This document shows, piece by piece, positions 19,259 through 29,562 of a stretch of 64,000 bases of DNA. Source of the DNA: Candidatus Bathyarchaeota archaeon (lineage in GTDB: Archaea; Thermoproteota; Bathyarchaeia; TCS64); contig CAVYLP010000001.1 of NCBI GenBank assembly GCA_963769425.1, positions 128,001-192,000 of the forward strand, written 5' to 3'. The position numbers and the translations under genes were made by a program. How positions within the stretch are numbered: the stretch's first letter is position 1; the number at the start of each line of letters is the position of its first letter. Under the pieces are notes generated by a model. That model made no database searches and had not been told where the DNA came from. It saw only the letters and a list, made by a program, of their open reading frames with translations.

Positions 19259-20155
19259 CTAGAAGAACTCCTTGCCGTCCTTGGAGACGAGGCGACCCCA
19301 GTAGGCGGTTACGTCATCCTGGATCTCCTTTATCTCGTCCTCCGTGATGTGGCGGAACCTGCCCTGCATCTTGAGGACGTCCTTCACCGGTTTGAGCTCC
19401 TTCGGCTTGTACGTGATACGGAAGCTCTCGCCGTTGATGACCTCGTAGAGCGGCCACATGCCACTGAGGACCATCTCCTTGGCCACCTTCACTGCTACCT
19501 GTGGCTCGAACCTCCAACCCGTCGGGCAGGGGGCCGAGACCTGGATGTAGCGGAAGCCCTTGATGTTCTTTGCGTACTCGAGCTTTCCGATGAAGTCCTC
19601 GGGGTAGGCGATGCTGGCGGTTGCCATGTATGGTACCCTGTGGAGGGCTACCATGGCGGCGACGTTCTTGCGGCGCTCCTTCTTGCCTCGGCTGAACTCG
19701 CCGACTGGCGTCGTTGTCGTCTCCGCGTACTTCGTCGTGGCGCTGCTGCGCTGGCCACCGGTGTTCATGTAGGCCTCGTTGTCGTAGCAGACCCAGAGAA
19801 CGTTCTCGTTGCGCTCAGCGGCGCCCGAGAGACCCTGGAATCCGATGTCGGTCGTGCCTCCATCACCCACTATCGTGGTGACGATGGCGTCCTCGCGGTT
19901 CAACCTCTTGAACGCGTGGGCGAGTCCTGTCGACATCGCTCCTGCGCCCTCGAAGACCTCACCGTAGATGCTCGGCTGCTCTAGGTTGCCGAACGCTGGG
20001 CCACAGCAGGCGACCTCCTGGCGGACCATCTTGTCCTTCAGGACCTTCGCGACGATCCTCGCGACCGAGGCGCCGGTGCAGCCCTGGCAGGACTGGTTCG
20101 CTGGCTGTATGTACTCCTTCTCGTCTAGCTTCACGAGTGGAACTGGTTTGCTCAT
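19259..20155 (-). CDS. porB: 2-oxoacid:ferredoxin oxidoreductase beta (TPP-binding) subunit
   Basis: CQGC, GDGG..DIGFQ, DNEAYMNTGGQRS, PCPTGW. Confidence 0.9.
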   Translation of the reverse strand: MSKPVPLVKLDEKEYIQPANQSCQGCTGASVARIVAKVLKDKMVRQEVACCGPAFGNLEQPSIYGEVFEGAGAMSTGLAHAFKRLNREDAIVTTIVGDGGTTDIGFQGLSGAAERNENVLWVCYDNEAYMNTGGQRSSATTKYAETTTTPVGEFSRGKKERRKNVAAMVALHRVPYMATASIAYPEDFIGKLEYAKNIKGFRYIQVSAPCPTGWRFEPQVAVKVAKEMVLSGMWPLYEVINGESFRITYKPKELKPVKDVLKMQGRFRHITEDEIKEIQDDVTAYWGRLVSKDGKEFF

Positions 20156-20168
20156 TTCATTATCCTCC

Positions 20169-21347
20169 TTACACCCACTCCACCAGGGGAGCGACCTTCG
20201 CGCCGCCCGCGAACTTGAGGGTCTTCTCTCCTATCTTCATGATGTCCTGTACGCGGACCTCCTTTCCGTTGAGGCCTGCGTGGAACTGGAGTGTCTTCGG
20301 TCTCTCGTCTAGCTCGTACATGGCGTTCCTTATCTCGCCAAATGTCCAGCCGCCGGAGCCGATGCTTATATTGCGGTCGATGATTCCCAAAGCCTTGAAC
20401 TTGGGGCCGAGCTTCACGAACTCCTCTGCGGGGAAGGGTTTGATGGTCTTGAGCTTGATGAGGCCGACCTTCTTGCCCTCTGCCTGGAGCTTGTCGACTG
20501 CGACGCGTGCCGTGCTCGCGATTGTACCCATGGCGACAATTACCGCGTCGACGTCCTTCGTTTTGTACTCCTCGACGAGGCCATTTCCGTAGCCGCGGCC
20601 GAACATCTTCTTGAACTCGGCGTTGACCTCCTTGATGACCTTCTTAGCGTTCTCCATCGCCTGCTGGTCCTCGACGAAAGTGGTCTGAACGTCGCGTCCG
20701 ACGCTCCACTGCTTCATCTGGAAGTCCCGGCTCTCTTTTCCCTGGTCGGGGAGGAGGGGGATCGTCGTCTTGTATGGCGGGAGGAAGGCATCTACCTTCG
20801 CCTCGTCTGGGATGTCGATGGGCTCGTCCGTATAGCTGAGTATGTAGCCGTCTCCCGCGAAGATTATTGGGAGGCGAACGCGCTCGTCCTCGGCGACCTT
20901 GTAGGCCATGAGGCCCGTGTCGAGGATCTCCTGCCCGCTCTCGCACTCCATCATCATCCAGCCGGTCTCGCGTTGCGCCATCATGTCTGTCTGGTCGGGG
21001 TCCATACCCTTGATGCCCCTGTGCATGAGAGCCATGACGAGTGGAACCCTGTTGTTTCTCGTGGCGAGCATCGGGTGGTGCATGTAGAGGAGTCCTGGGC
21101 CGGCAGTCGCCGTGAAGGCTCGTACACCCGCGGCGCCCGCCGTGAAGGCGGATGCTTGGGCGGTTAGTTCGCCCTCAGTTGTGACGTACTCGGCGTCGAT
21201 CTCCCCGTTGGCCACCATGTCGGCGATGTACTGGACTATGGTTGTCTGGGGTGTGATTGGGAAGGCGGAGATGAACTTCGCCCTGGCGAGTCTGACCGCG
21301 TGGGCGACCGCCTTGTTACCGACCATAACCTCGAACTTTTGTGGCAT
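20169..21347 (-). CDS. porA: 2-oxoacid:ferredoxin oxidoreductase alpha subunit
   Basis: GNKAVA, FPITPQT, TATAGPGLLYM, IKPFP. Confidence 0.9.
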   Translation of the reverse strand: MPQKFEVMVGNKAVAHAVRLARAKFISAFPITPQTTIVQYIADMVANGEIDAEYVTTEGELTAQASAFTAGAAGVRAFTATAGPGLLYMHHPMLATRNNRVPLVMALMHRGIKGMDPDQTDMMAQRETGWMMMECESGQEILDTGLMAYKVAEDERVRLPIIFAGDGYILSYTDEPIDIPDEAKVDAFLPPYKTTIPLLPDQGKESRDFQMKQWSVGRDVQTTFVEDQQAMENAKKVIKEVNAEFKKMFGRGYGNGLVEEYKTKDVDAVIVAMGTIASTARVAVDKLQAEGKKVGLIKLKTIKPFPAEEFVKLGPKFKALGIIDRNISIGSGGWTFGEIRNAMYELDERPKTLQFHAGLNGKEVRVQDIMKIGEKTLKFAGGAKVAPLVEWV

Positions 21348-21362
21348 ACTTCATTCTCCTCC

Positions 21363-22211
21363 TTAGATGGTCTCCTGAACCCAGCCGATCGCCTTGGTTG
21401 GGCACTCCTCCATGCAGATGCCGCAGCCCTTGCAGTACTGGTAGTTGACCGCTGCCTTATTGTTCTTCATGCCGATGGCGACCTCTGGGCAGAGGATGAA
21501 GCAACGCTTGCATCCGACACACTTTGCGTCGTTGAAGACGGGGCGGTAGAGCCTCCAGCTGGAGACGTCGCGGTCGTCGGCTTTGCGTGCGCGGCCCTGA
21601 ATCTTTACCTCATCCATCTTTACGTTGGAGACGTCGACAGCGGGTACAGCCATCTCGTAGGCTTTCTGCATCGCCTTTATGTTCATCTCACCGATGCGAC
21701 CGCTCCACTGGTGGTGGGCCGCCTCCTCGAGGCTGCTGAGCTTGACCATACCGGTCACCTTGGCGAATGCGCCGAGGATGGCCGTGTTTGTGATGGGCCT
21801 ACCGATGGTCTCCATGGCGACCTTCGTCGCGTCGACCGTGGCCACCTTGTATGGGCCGCCTATGCCTGTCTCTAGGCCACCATGTGGGTGGTTGACTAGG
21901 ACGAGGCCGCCCTTCTTGAGTCCCTGCGTCACGGGGACCGTCTTGGCGAGGAGAGGGTCTAGTACGACGACCATGTCCGGCTCGTGGACGAGGTCGCGCT
22001 CGTAGATCCTGTCGTCGCTCACCCTTAGGAATGACTGGACCGGTGCTCCGCGCCTCTCGGTCCCGTACATCGGGATGCCGAGGGTGTACTTGCCCTCGTA
22101 GAACATGGCTGTCGAGAGGAGCCTTACTCCGGTGACGGCGCCTTGGCCGCCCCTTCCGTGGAACCTGATCTCCATCAACGTGGTTAACTCCTTGAAGGAA
22201 TCCTTCAACAT
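21363..22211 (-). CDS. 2-oxoacid:ferredoxin oxidoreductase fused gamma-delta subunit
   Basis: EIRFHGRGGQG, YGTERRGAPV, NTAILGA, then WRLYRP..CVGCKRCFILCP..YCKGCGICMEECP. Confidence 0.9.
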   Translation of the reverse strand: MLKDSFKELTTLMEIRFHGRGGQGAVTGVRLLSTAMFYEGKYTLGIPMYGTERRGAPVQSFLRVSDDRIYERDLVHEPDMVVVLDPLLAKTVPVTQGLKKGGLVLVNHPHGGLETGIGGPYKVATVDATKVAMETIGRPITNTAILGAFAKVTGMVKLSSLEEAAHHQWSGRIGEMNIKAMQKAYEMAVPAVDVSNVKMDEVKIQGRARKADDRDVSSWRLYRPVFNDAKCVGCKRCFILCPEVAIGMKNNKAAVNYQYCKGCGICMEECPTKAIGWVQETI

Positions 22212-22331
22212 CTTTTACCGCAGCATATAACCATTCTGCAGCCATGAGACAGGAGAATCGGAAAGTAAATGCAGTAAATAGGGCGACTAGAGGATATAAT
22301 ATTGAAATTATGGCTTGCGTAAGATTGAAAC

Positions 22332-22784
22332 ATGAATACCCTTATCGTCTACATCTCCTACCATCACGGCAACACCGAGAAGATCGCTCAGGCCATGGGT
22401 GAGGTGCTCGAGGCTGAGCTGAGGAGCCCCGAATCAATGAAACCTGAGTCGATCAGTGAGTACGATCTGATCGGCTTCGCTTCTGGGAACTATTTCGGCA
22501 AGTTTGATAAGAGATTAATATCGTTCATCGATTCTCTTCCGAGGGGCATTAATAAACCGGTTTTCATCTTCAGCACTCATGGCGCTGAGGGCAATCAGAA
22601 GGCACATGAAGACTTGAAGAAGCACCTTATGGATAAGGGTCTAAGTGTTGTTGGGGAGTGGCATTGTAGAGCCTATGACTCGTACGGCGTGCTTAAGCTA
22701 ACGGGGGGCATAAACAAGGGTAGACCAAACGACAGCGATATCCAGGACGCGAAGAGATTCGCTGAGGGTCTAAAAGCTAAGTAA
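22332..22784 (+). CDS. Flavodoxin family protein
   Basis: IVYISYHHGNTEKIA, YDLIGFASG, NKGRPN. Confidence 0.85.
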   Translation: MNTLIVYISYHHGNTEKIAQAMGEVLEAELRSPESMKPESISEYDLIGFASGNYFGKFDKRLISFIDSLPRGINKPVFIFSTHGAEGNQKAHEDLKKHLMDKGLSVVGEWHCRAYDSYGVLKLTGGINKGRPNDSDIQDAKRFAEGLKAK

Positions 22785-22838
22785 TGTGGAACGTCATACG
22801 ACGGCTAATAGAATATTAAATGAAGTTACCACAAGGGA

Positions 22839-23609
22839 TTGGTCGAGATGGTCGGAAGTAGAGAGGTAAAAGAGAGGGCAAGGAGCATCGGGTTCTCGGC
22901 GGTGGGTATTTTATCTCTTGAACAGCTTAGCAATTTACCGGTCGGGGATGTGGAGGGGGTTCATACCCTCATATCCGCATCTGATGAGTTGCCTTCCGTC
23001 AGGTCGGCCATAGTCTTAGGATATCACATCTGGGACCCCATCTTCAATGTTCACACCCTAGACCCGCGATGGAGGGGCATTGGCTTCCACAGCCCTAATG
23101 ATAAGTTCGAGTTTCACCAGCTATATTCCGAGGTCGTGGGGAGGAAGGCGTGGCAACTCGCAGGATGGCTTCGTGGGCTTGGATTCGATGCGGTTCCAAC
23201 CAATGGACTCCCCCTGAAGCGAGCCGCACCATTGGCTGGGCTAGGGATGCAGGGAAAGAATACGGTCCTAATATCGAAGGAGTATGGTCCTAACCTTAGG
23301 CTCGGTGCTGTGTTGACGTCTGCTGTTCTCGAATCGGACGCGCCCTTCACGAGAGACCTATGTGGGGACTGTACGCGTTGTATTAGAGCATGCCCAACGG
23401 GGGCGCTGAAGCCACACGAGGTCACGATTAAGAGGTGCATGGTCTACGCCCTCGAAAACCCAGAGTCCAGCGATGTGGACGATGACGTTAGGGCAATAGC
23501 GAATAAGCTGATAATCAGACCGACTAGGGGGAGTTTCATCGAGTGTACTCGTTGCCTTGACGCTTGCCCTTACAGTAAAGGGGCGAGGGAAAAGGCTGCT
23601 CAGACTTAA
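22839..23609 (+). CDS. QueG/reductive-dehalogenase-like 2x[4Fe-4S] (probable cobalamin) protein
   Basis: KRAAPLAGLGMQGKN, YGPNLRLGAVLT, CGDCTRCIRACP, CTRCLDACP. Confidence 0.8.
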   Translation: MVEMVGSREVKERARSIGFSAVGILSLEQLSNLPVGDVEGVHTLISASDELPSVRSAIVLGYHIWDPIFNVHTLDPRWRGIGFHSPNDKFEFHQLYSEVVGRKAWQLAGWLRGLGFDAVPTNGLPLKRAAPLAGLGMQGKNTVLISKEYGPNLRLGAVLTSAVLESDAPFTRDLCGDCTRCIRACPTGALKPHEVTIKRCMVYALENPESSDVDDDVRAIANKLIIRPTRGSFIECTRCLDACPYSKGAREKAAQT

Positions 23610-23642
23610 ATCGGTGGAGCCGCCGATTATTCTCCGACCATT

Positions 23643-24650
23643 ATGAGGCTTGTTGTATTCGGTCCACACAAGAGGCTCGGCGCATGGCTTGAGGACGGCT
23701 CAGTTGTCGACCTCAATCATGCTTACGCGGCGCTTCTGGAGAGCAAGGGCGAGGCGAGGGCCTGCGCTAAGGCGGATGTGGAGGTCCCCTCGTGTCTACT
23801 TGCGTTCATCGAGGAGGGCGACGCTGGGCTTAAGGCCGCCGCTAAGGCCGTCGCCTACGCTAAGAAGGCGAAGGTGTCGGCGAAGGGGGAGCAACTGCTC
23901 TTCAAGGATGTGAAGCTCCACGCTCCTCTTCCGAGCGCGGCGTCTAGGTTAGCCATGGCGGGGGCTAACTTCTACGACCACAGCGCTGACGTCTCCAAGA
24001 TGTTCGGCCGCCCTTCCTCGATCGATGAGATCAAGAAGCAGGTAAAGGAGGGAACATACAACGCTTGGGGCTTCTGGAAGCAGGCTCGCAACGTCGTCGA
24101 TCCCGACGGATCCACGCCTTACCCGGCTAGGACGCAGCGTCTTGACTACGAGGTGGAGATCGGGGCCGTGTTAGGTAAGAAGGGAAAGGACATCAAGGAG
24201 GCTGAGGGAGAGGAATACATCTATGGCTACACAATGGTCAACGATCTTAGCATACGTGATGGCGGCCGTATGGCGGGCCCCGACGGGTTCTTCTTCGCTA
24301 AGAACTTCGACAACTGCGCACCGATGGGTCCGTGCATCGTCACGAAGGACGAGATCGCTGACGTGTACAAGTTAAAACTCAAGCAGACGGTCAATGGTAA
24401 GGTCCGTCAAAATGGCTCGATGGAGAGCATGATCAGGAAGTACCCGTGGTGGATCGCTTGGCTAAGCAGAGACATGTATCTCTACCCCGGTGACATCGTA
24501 TGCGGCGGCACCTGCTCAGGGACCGCACTCGACACCAGCCCAGTCGTCGACGGAAAAACGAAGCCTGACAACTTCCTCAAGGTCGGCGACGTCCTCGAGG
24601 CCGAAGTCCCCGGCTTGGGAAAGCTCCGCACGACCATAGTCACGAAGTGA
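23643..24650 (+). CDS. Fumarylacetoacetate hydrolase family protein
   Basis: GANF, LDYEVE, YGYTMVNDLS.RD, AKNFD, PGD...GT. Confidence 0.88.
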   Translation: MRLVVFGPHKRLGAWLEDGSVVDLNHAYAALLESKGEARACAKADVEVPSCLLAFIEEGDAGLKAAAKAVAYAKKAKVSAKGEQLLFKDVKLHAPLPSAASRLAMAGANFYDHSADVSKMFGRPSSIDEIKKQVKEGTYNAWGFWKQARNVVDPDGSTPYPARTQRLDYEVEIGAVLGKKGKDIKEAEGEEYIYGYTMVNDLSIRDGGRMAGPDGFFFAKNFDNCAPMGPCIVTKDEIADVYKLKLKQTVNGKVRQNGSMESMIRKYPWWIAWLSRDMYLYPGDIVCGGTCSGTALDTSPVVDGKTKPDNFLKVGDVLEAEVPGLGKLRTTIVTK

Positions 24651-24684
24651 CCCTTTTTATCCATCATCCGCCTTTTTCCATGAG

Positions 24685-25623
24685 TTGTCCTACGCGGCGG
24701 TTGACATCGGGGCCACAAACATCAGGGTGGCGGTTGGTGATGAGAAAGGGATTAGGAACAGGTACTCCGAGGCCTCCGATAAGCTAAATGGTCCGGAGGG
24801 TGTTCCGAGACAGATAGCCAGAATGATCAAGGGCTTAGTCTCCGAGCCACTCGCCATCGGTGTTGGTTCAATAGGCCCACTTGATGTAAAGGCGGGGATG
24901 ATTGGGGCTACGCCCAACTTCGGCTTCAAGAATATCCAAGTAGTAGCCCCCCTCGCGGCCGAGTTCGGTGTGCCCGTCCAGATTATGAATGACTGTAACG
25001 CGGGGGTGATTGGGGAGCACGTTTACGGGGCGGGTAGAGGGATCGATGACCTTTTCTACGTTACCCTCAGCACCGGGTTGGGTGGCGGAGCCATCGTTGA
25101 TGGTAGCCCGCTGAGCGGTAAGGACGGAAACGCGCCTGAGATAGGCCACCTCACCCTCGACCCGGACTCGGAGTTGACCTGCGGGTGTGGGTGTAAGGGT
25201 CACTGGGAGGCCTACTGCAGCGGCGCTAACATCCCCAACTTCGCGAGGGTTCTTCTAAGGGACAGGGAGTTGGTAGGGAGTATATTGCAGAAGATGGTGG
25301 GGGGTGACCTCGGCATGCTCTCGTCGGAGATGATTTTCAAGGCGGCTGGTATGGGGGATAAAGACGCTGCATTCGTAGTTGAGGAGATTGGTAAGATGAA
25401 TGCTATCGGATTCGCAAATATTGTCAACGCCTTTGACCCAGAACTTATCACGGTCGGGGGATCAGTCGCCCTGAACAACCCAGGTCCAATTATCGAGCCT
25501 ATCATGAGGGGGATCGGGAAACACCTCATTAACAGGAGACCGGAGATTAAACTCACCCCCCTCGGGTCCGACGTCGTGCTCTACGGCGGCCTCGCTATTG
25601 CCCTACGCCTTCATAAGAAGTAG
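24685..25623 (+). CDS. ROK family sugar kinase
   Basis: VDIGATN, NDCNA...GE, STGLGGG, EIGH, CGCGCKGHWE. Confidence 0.9.
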   Translation: MSYAAVDIGATNIRVAVGDEKGIRNRYSEASDKLNGPEGVPRQIARMIKGLVSEPLAIGVGSIGPLDVKAGMIGATPNFGFKNIQVVAPLAAEFGVPVQIMNDCNAGVIGEHVYGAGRGIDDLFYVTLSTGLGGGAIVDGSPLSGKDGNAPEIGHLTLDPDSELTCGCGCKGHWEAYCSGANIPNFARVLLRDRELVGSILQKMVGGDLGMLSSEMIFKAAGMGDKDAAFVVEEIGKMNAIGFANIVNAFDPELITVGGSVALNNPGPIIEPIMRGIGKHLINRRPEIKLTPLGSDVVLYGGLAIALRLHKK

Positions 25624-25635
25624 TCGAGGATTCGG

Positions 25636-26382
25636 CTAAGGTATCTGCTTAACAATCAGTACGCCGTCTACGTCATTCCTGTACTGTATTAGGTCGCCGT
25701 TGTAGAAGTATAGGGTGATCTCGAAGTTGGGTTCCCTCGCGACCACACACTCGTAGCTCTTAGAGCCGATGTTGACGAATTGGTGTGCGGTGTCTACGCC
25801 GTACTCGAACTGCTGTATAACGCCTCCTTGCGGTACGAAGGCGTTGACGTAGTATTTGCTACCCTCTGAGGCGTTGAAGCTCTTTGAGAGGAGTTCCCAG
25901 TGGGCGGGGTCGTTGTTGTCGATTAGGACCGTGTTCGTGGGGAGCGCTACGGAGAGAGTCTGGTTCTTCCCCTCTGAGTAATTCACGACGTTGACATTGT
26001 CTCCTGCGAAGAGGCAATGTAGTGAGGTCATGGTACCGTTTGAGCTGAAGTCTTCGTTGTAGCTTATGTGTGATACTTCACTTAGGAATTGGTGTGTGGT
26101 GTTTACTTCTAGATGTGTGAACTGGTAGATGATGTCGACCTTGGTTGTGAGTGTGTATTGATTGGAGCCTCCTGATGTCTGGTTGCTGAGGTTGTAGGTG
26201 TAGGTGCCGATTAGGTTGCCATCTTTGTAGTAGTTGAAACTCTGAGGGGCCCCGGTTAGGAGGTTGATGTAGCCTGTGGGTGAGTAGTCTATGAATGGGT
26301 TTGAGAAGTTGCTGTAGAGTTCGACGGCGACCGCCCCCGCTATGATGAGGGCGCCGAGGATGAGGACGTCTCGGTTGTTCAA
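25636..26382 (-). CDS. Hypothetical exported/membrane-anchored protein
   Basis: N-terminal hydrophobic helix; Asn/Thr/Tyr-rich beta-type body. Confidence 0.65.
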   Translation of the reverse strand: MNNRDVLILGALIIAGAVAVELYSNFSNPFIDYSPTGYINLLTGAPQSFNYYKDGNLIGTYTYNLSNQTSGGSNQYTLTTKVDIIYQFTHLEVNTTHQFLSEVSHISYNEDFSSNGTMTSLHCLFAGDNVNVVNYSEGKNQTLSVALPTNTVLIDNNDPAHWELLSKSFNASEGSKYYVNAFVPQGGVIQQFEYGVDTAHQFVNIGSKSYECVVAREPNFEITLYFYNGDLIQYRNDVDGVLIVKQIP

Positions 26383-26426
26383 GGGTGTCAGATAATGGGG
26401 GACGGCGTGTTTAAAGGGGTTTGGGG

Positions 26427-27935
26427 CTAGATCGAGTGGGCCGCGGCGCTCTGGTGGAGATTGTCGAGGGCGGCCTCGACTTTATTTTTCTTCTCTATGA
26501 GCTTGGTTCTCTGCTTCTTGGCCATCGCGCTGTGTTCTTTGAGCATCCGCTTCACTTCTGAGGGGCTCGGGCTTCCTAGGCTGACTCTCCTGTTGAGGCT
26601 TTGTATCGGGTCCGTTGCTTTGTCGATGAGGGCTTGGGTGACTTTGACCTTCTTCTTGTAGAGTTTAGCGGCGCTAGCTTCCACGTCTTCAGGCTTGAGT
26701 CTATCGAGTGTTGCACCTCGGCTGATTGTTAGGTTGACTAGGTCTGCTGCTATCTTGTAGGATTCTCGGAAGCTTAGGTTGGTCTCGTTTGCTAGGGTCT
26801 CGGCGAGCTCCACGGCCATGGCGAAGTTGCCTTGAAGGGGTTTCGCGAGTCTCTCGGGCTTGATCTTCATGGTCGCGACGGCGCCAGTCATTATCTCTAA
26901 GCAGATCTGGGTGTTGTCGATGGTGCGCCAGAGGGTGAGCTTCGTCTCCTGTAGGTCCTGAACGTAGCCTGTGGTCAGCCCCTTCTCCATCGTGAGGAGT
27001 TCGATTAGGGCCCCATAGGATTCGCCTGTTTTTCCTCTGAGGAGCTCGATTGTGCTTGGGTTCTTCTTCTGGGGCATGATGCTGCTGCTTGAGGCGTACT
27101 CGTCTGCGAGCTCTATGTATCCAAACTCTACCGTACTCCACTCAAGTAGGTCTGCTGCGATCCGGCTTAAGTCACCCATGATTATAGCGCACACTGTGGC
27201 GGTCTCCATGGCCCAGTCCCTGCTGCTTGTGGCGTCTATGGAGTTCTCGTGTATGGAGTCGAAGCCGAGGAGTTCGGTGGTTCTCTTGCGGTTGATATTG
27301 ATGCTTGTTCCACCAACGGGCCCGGCGCCTAGTGGATTAGTATTGACTCTGGCATAGAGCTCGGTTAGCCGTTGCTCGTCGCGTATGAGTATGTCCGCGT
27401 AGGCGCTGAGGTACGCGCCCATTGTTCCGACTTGGGCATGTTGACCGTGGGTGTAGAGGATCATGGGTGTGTCGGCGTGTTCGGTTGCGCGTTTCTGTAG
27501 GGCATCGACGAGGTTGAGGGTGGCCTCACCTATCTTGAGGATGTCCTCGCGTAACCTGAGCTTTATGTCTGTTACCACTTGGTCGTTTCTGCTTCGGCCG
27601 GTGTGGATCATTCCGCCAGCCTCGATTCCTATCTGCTTGATAACGGTGGTTTCAATGTATTCGTGGACGTCCTCGTATTCGGCGCCGATTGTTACCTCTC
27701 CTCTTCGCCATTTCTGGCGGATCTCTTCGAGAGCAGTGAGGATTAATCGTAGCTCCTTGGCGGGGATGATGCCCTGTTCATGGAGCATTATATCGTGTGC
27801 GGTTGTGCAGTTTATGTCGTCCTCGAAGATTCGTAGGTCCTCGTTGACGCTTGTGTGGAAGACTGCGGTCTTATTGTCGAACTCCTTCCCCAGGCGTGAC
27901 CGGAATAGGCTACCCTGGGTCACTGGTTTGGCCAT
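26427..27935 (-). CDS. argH: Argininosuccinate lyase
   Basis: EDVH, HTGRSRNDQ, YTHGQHAQ, signature SSSIMPQKKNP. Confidence 0.95.
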   Translation of the reverse strand: MAKPVTQGSLFRSRLGKEFDNKTAVFHTSVNEDLRIFEDDINCTTAHDIMLHEQGIIPAKELRLILTALEEIRQKWRRGEVTIGAEYEDVHEYIETTVIKQIGIEAGGMIHTGRSRNDQVVTDIKLRLREDILKIGEATLNLVDALQKRATEHADTPMILYTHGQHAQVGTMGAYLSAYADILIRDEQRLTELYARVNTNPLGAGPVGGTSININRKRTTELLGFDSIHENSIDATSSRDWAMETATVCAIIMGDLSRIAADLLEWSTVEFGYIELADEYASSSSIMPQKKNPSTIELLRGKTGESYGALIELLTMEKGLTTGYVQDLQETKLTLWRTIDNTQICLEIMTGAVATMKIKPERLAKPLQGNFAMAVELAETLANETNLSFRESYKIAADLVNLTISRGATLDRLKPEDVEASAAKLYKKKVKVTQALIDKATDPIQSLNRRVSLGSPSPSEVKRMLKEHSAMAKKQRTKLIEKKNKVEAALDNLHQSAAAHSI

Positions 27936-28016
27936 TTGGCTAGGGTTTGGGTTGGACCATTTATAGGCGTTGTGACGCGGGTGTTGCGTTTTGGGGGTGT
28001 TTTGTCGTGTTTGATG
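27921..28016. repeat. Copy 1 of ~96-bp imperfect direct repeat (argH start plus promoter)
   Basis: Aligns by eye at roughly 80% identity to 35507-35602. Confidence 0.85.
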
Positions 28017-28681
28017 TCGGTTTGGTTTCTGTATGTAGGGGCGTGTTTGGTGGAGGATTGTTGATCCCTCACTATAGGGGGTGTTTCCCTGCCAGGAATC
28101 ACCTTCCTTCCATCATCGTCCTTCTTGCTCCGTTCACTGAATGAAGGGGCGGGGGGATTTGGGAATTTATTCGATCCAGTTATTTTTAGACTGAAAATAT
28201 GGGAAATTTTTTATATAAAGAGTGACGGAAGATCAACCTATCATATACACTTATCTGGCAGTATAGATTATCCTAGGCAGTTATTACGATTAGCCTCTAA
28301 TTTCGATTAGACTGACAGTTATTGTTAGAAAAACTGAGATGCGATGAGCGGATAAAAAAAGAAATACCCAAACAACTTCAATTCAAAATATCGAGATTGC
28401 TTACCTTATCCTTGTGATGCTGTTGCTCAGTGTTGTCCAGCCTCAAGGGCATGTTACGAATCATCATTTCAACAAGTTTGTTGGATAAGAAAATATGTAA
28501 AACTTTGGATATTTTCAAATAGATGGAAAGATTCGTCTTGCTTTAGATACTAGTTAAAAAGGTTTTAATATTTTAATATCAAAGGTCGATAGTATTTCAT
28601 CTCCAAGCAAAATAGATAAAATGAAAAAGCTGTTTTGAAATGAACTATTATTTATAAAAGAGTGCGAATTCACACATTTTT

Positions 28682-29224
28682 TTATCCAGCAAAAGCACGT
28701 CTGAGGATGAATACAGTGGCTGCTACTGCTACGATGTCTACAACGATGGCCCAGAAAGTCCAGTCAGGGTACACTAGTAAAGCTACGGTCTTTTCGACGG
28801 CGCCGATCTTGATATCGTAATGGACGTGTGAAATAGGATTAACGAAGGGGTCTAGTTTAACCTCGTATTTAACGTCAAGATCACCTTTTTGGAGTGGATT
28901 TATCATCAGGACTGTCGCGCCGGGGAAATCGAAGTTCACAGGCATACTCTTTATGGTCTCATTTGCCAACATGTGAAAATCGACACTCGTCATTGTAGTT
29001 CCGTTAACCACGATGGGGATAGTGAGTGTTTCCTCTTGACCCGCTGGCTTCGAGCACTGTACCTTCAGATCAATGGACCCCCAAGATGGTGAGTTAGAGG
29101 CCACAACGTCAGGGATGATGACGTTATCGACCTTTATTTGCGCGTTAGTGATGGGGGCAATAAGCGTAACCATAAAAACGGTGAAGATAACTAATTGGAT
29201 TAGCTTCTTTTTCTCAATGAACAA
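28682..29224 (-). CDS. Hypothetical surface protein (signal peptide and C-terminal TM anchor)
   Basis: KKK plus hydrophobic N-terminus; C-terminal TM followed by RR. Confidence 0.65.
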   Translation of the reverse strand: MFIEKKKLIQLVIFTVFMVTLIAPITNAQIKVDNVIIPDVVASNSPSWGSIDLKVQCSKPAGQEETLTIPIVVNGTTMTSVDFHMLANETIKSMPVNFDFPGATVLMINPLQKGDLDVKYEVKLDPFVNPISHVHYDIKIGAVEKTVALLVYPDWTFWAIVVDIVAVAATVFILRRAFAG

Positions 29225-29562
29225 TCAACAACGCTCCGCTTCAAAAAACATCTCTCTGTTTGTAGTTATAAAATTTTGTAGATAACTCAAATTTTGATAT
29301 ATCGCTACATAATATAATATGTTTTTTGATGAATGTAAAAGGAAAATCATTCTTGAATTTATTTACAGCCCTAAAGAATTGAAGTCTAGCTAAGTAGTTA
29401 TAAATAATAAGCAATGATTCAGAAGATCACAATGAGGGCATCCTTTACCATCTCGATAGGTACCAGTGGATACCCCGCACAGGACATTTTTCATTAATCT
29501 AATCCATTATTATCGATTAGAAATTTACTATAATAAACTCGGTATAAGAATTAAAAATAAGG

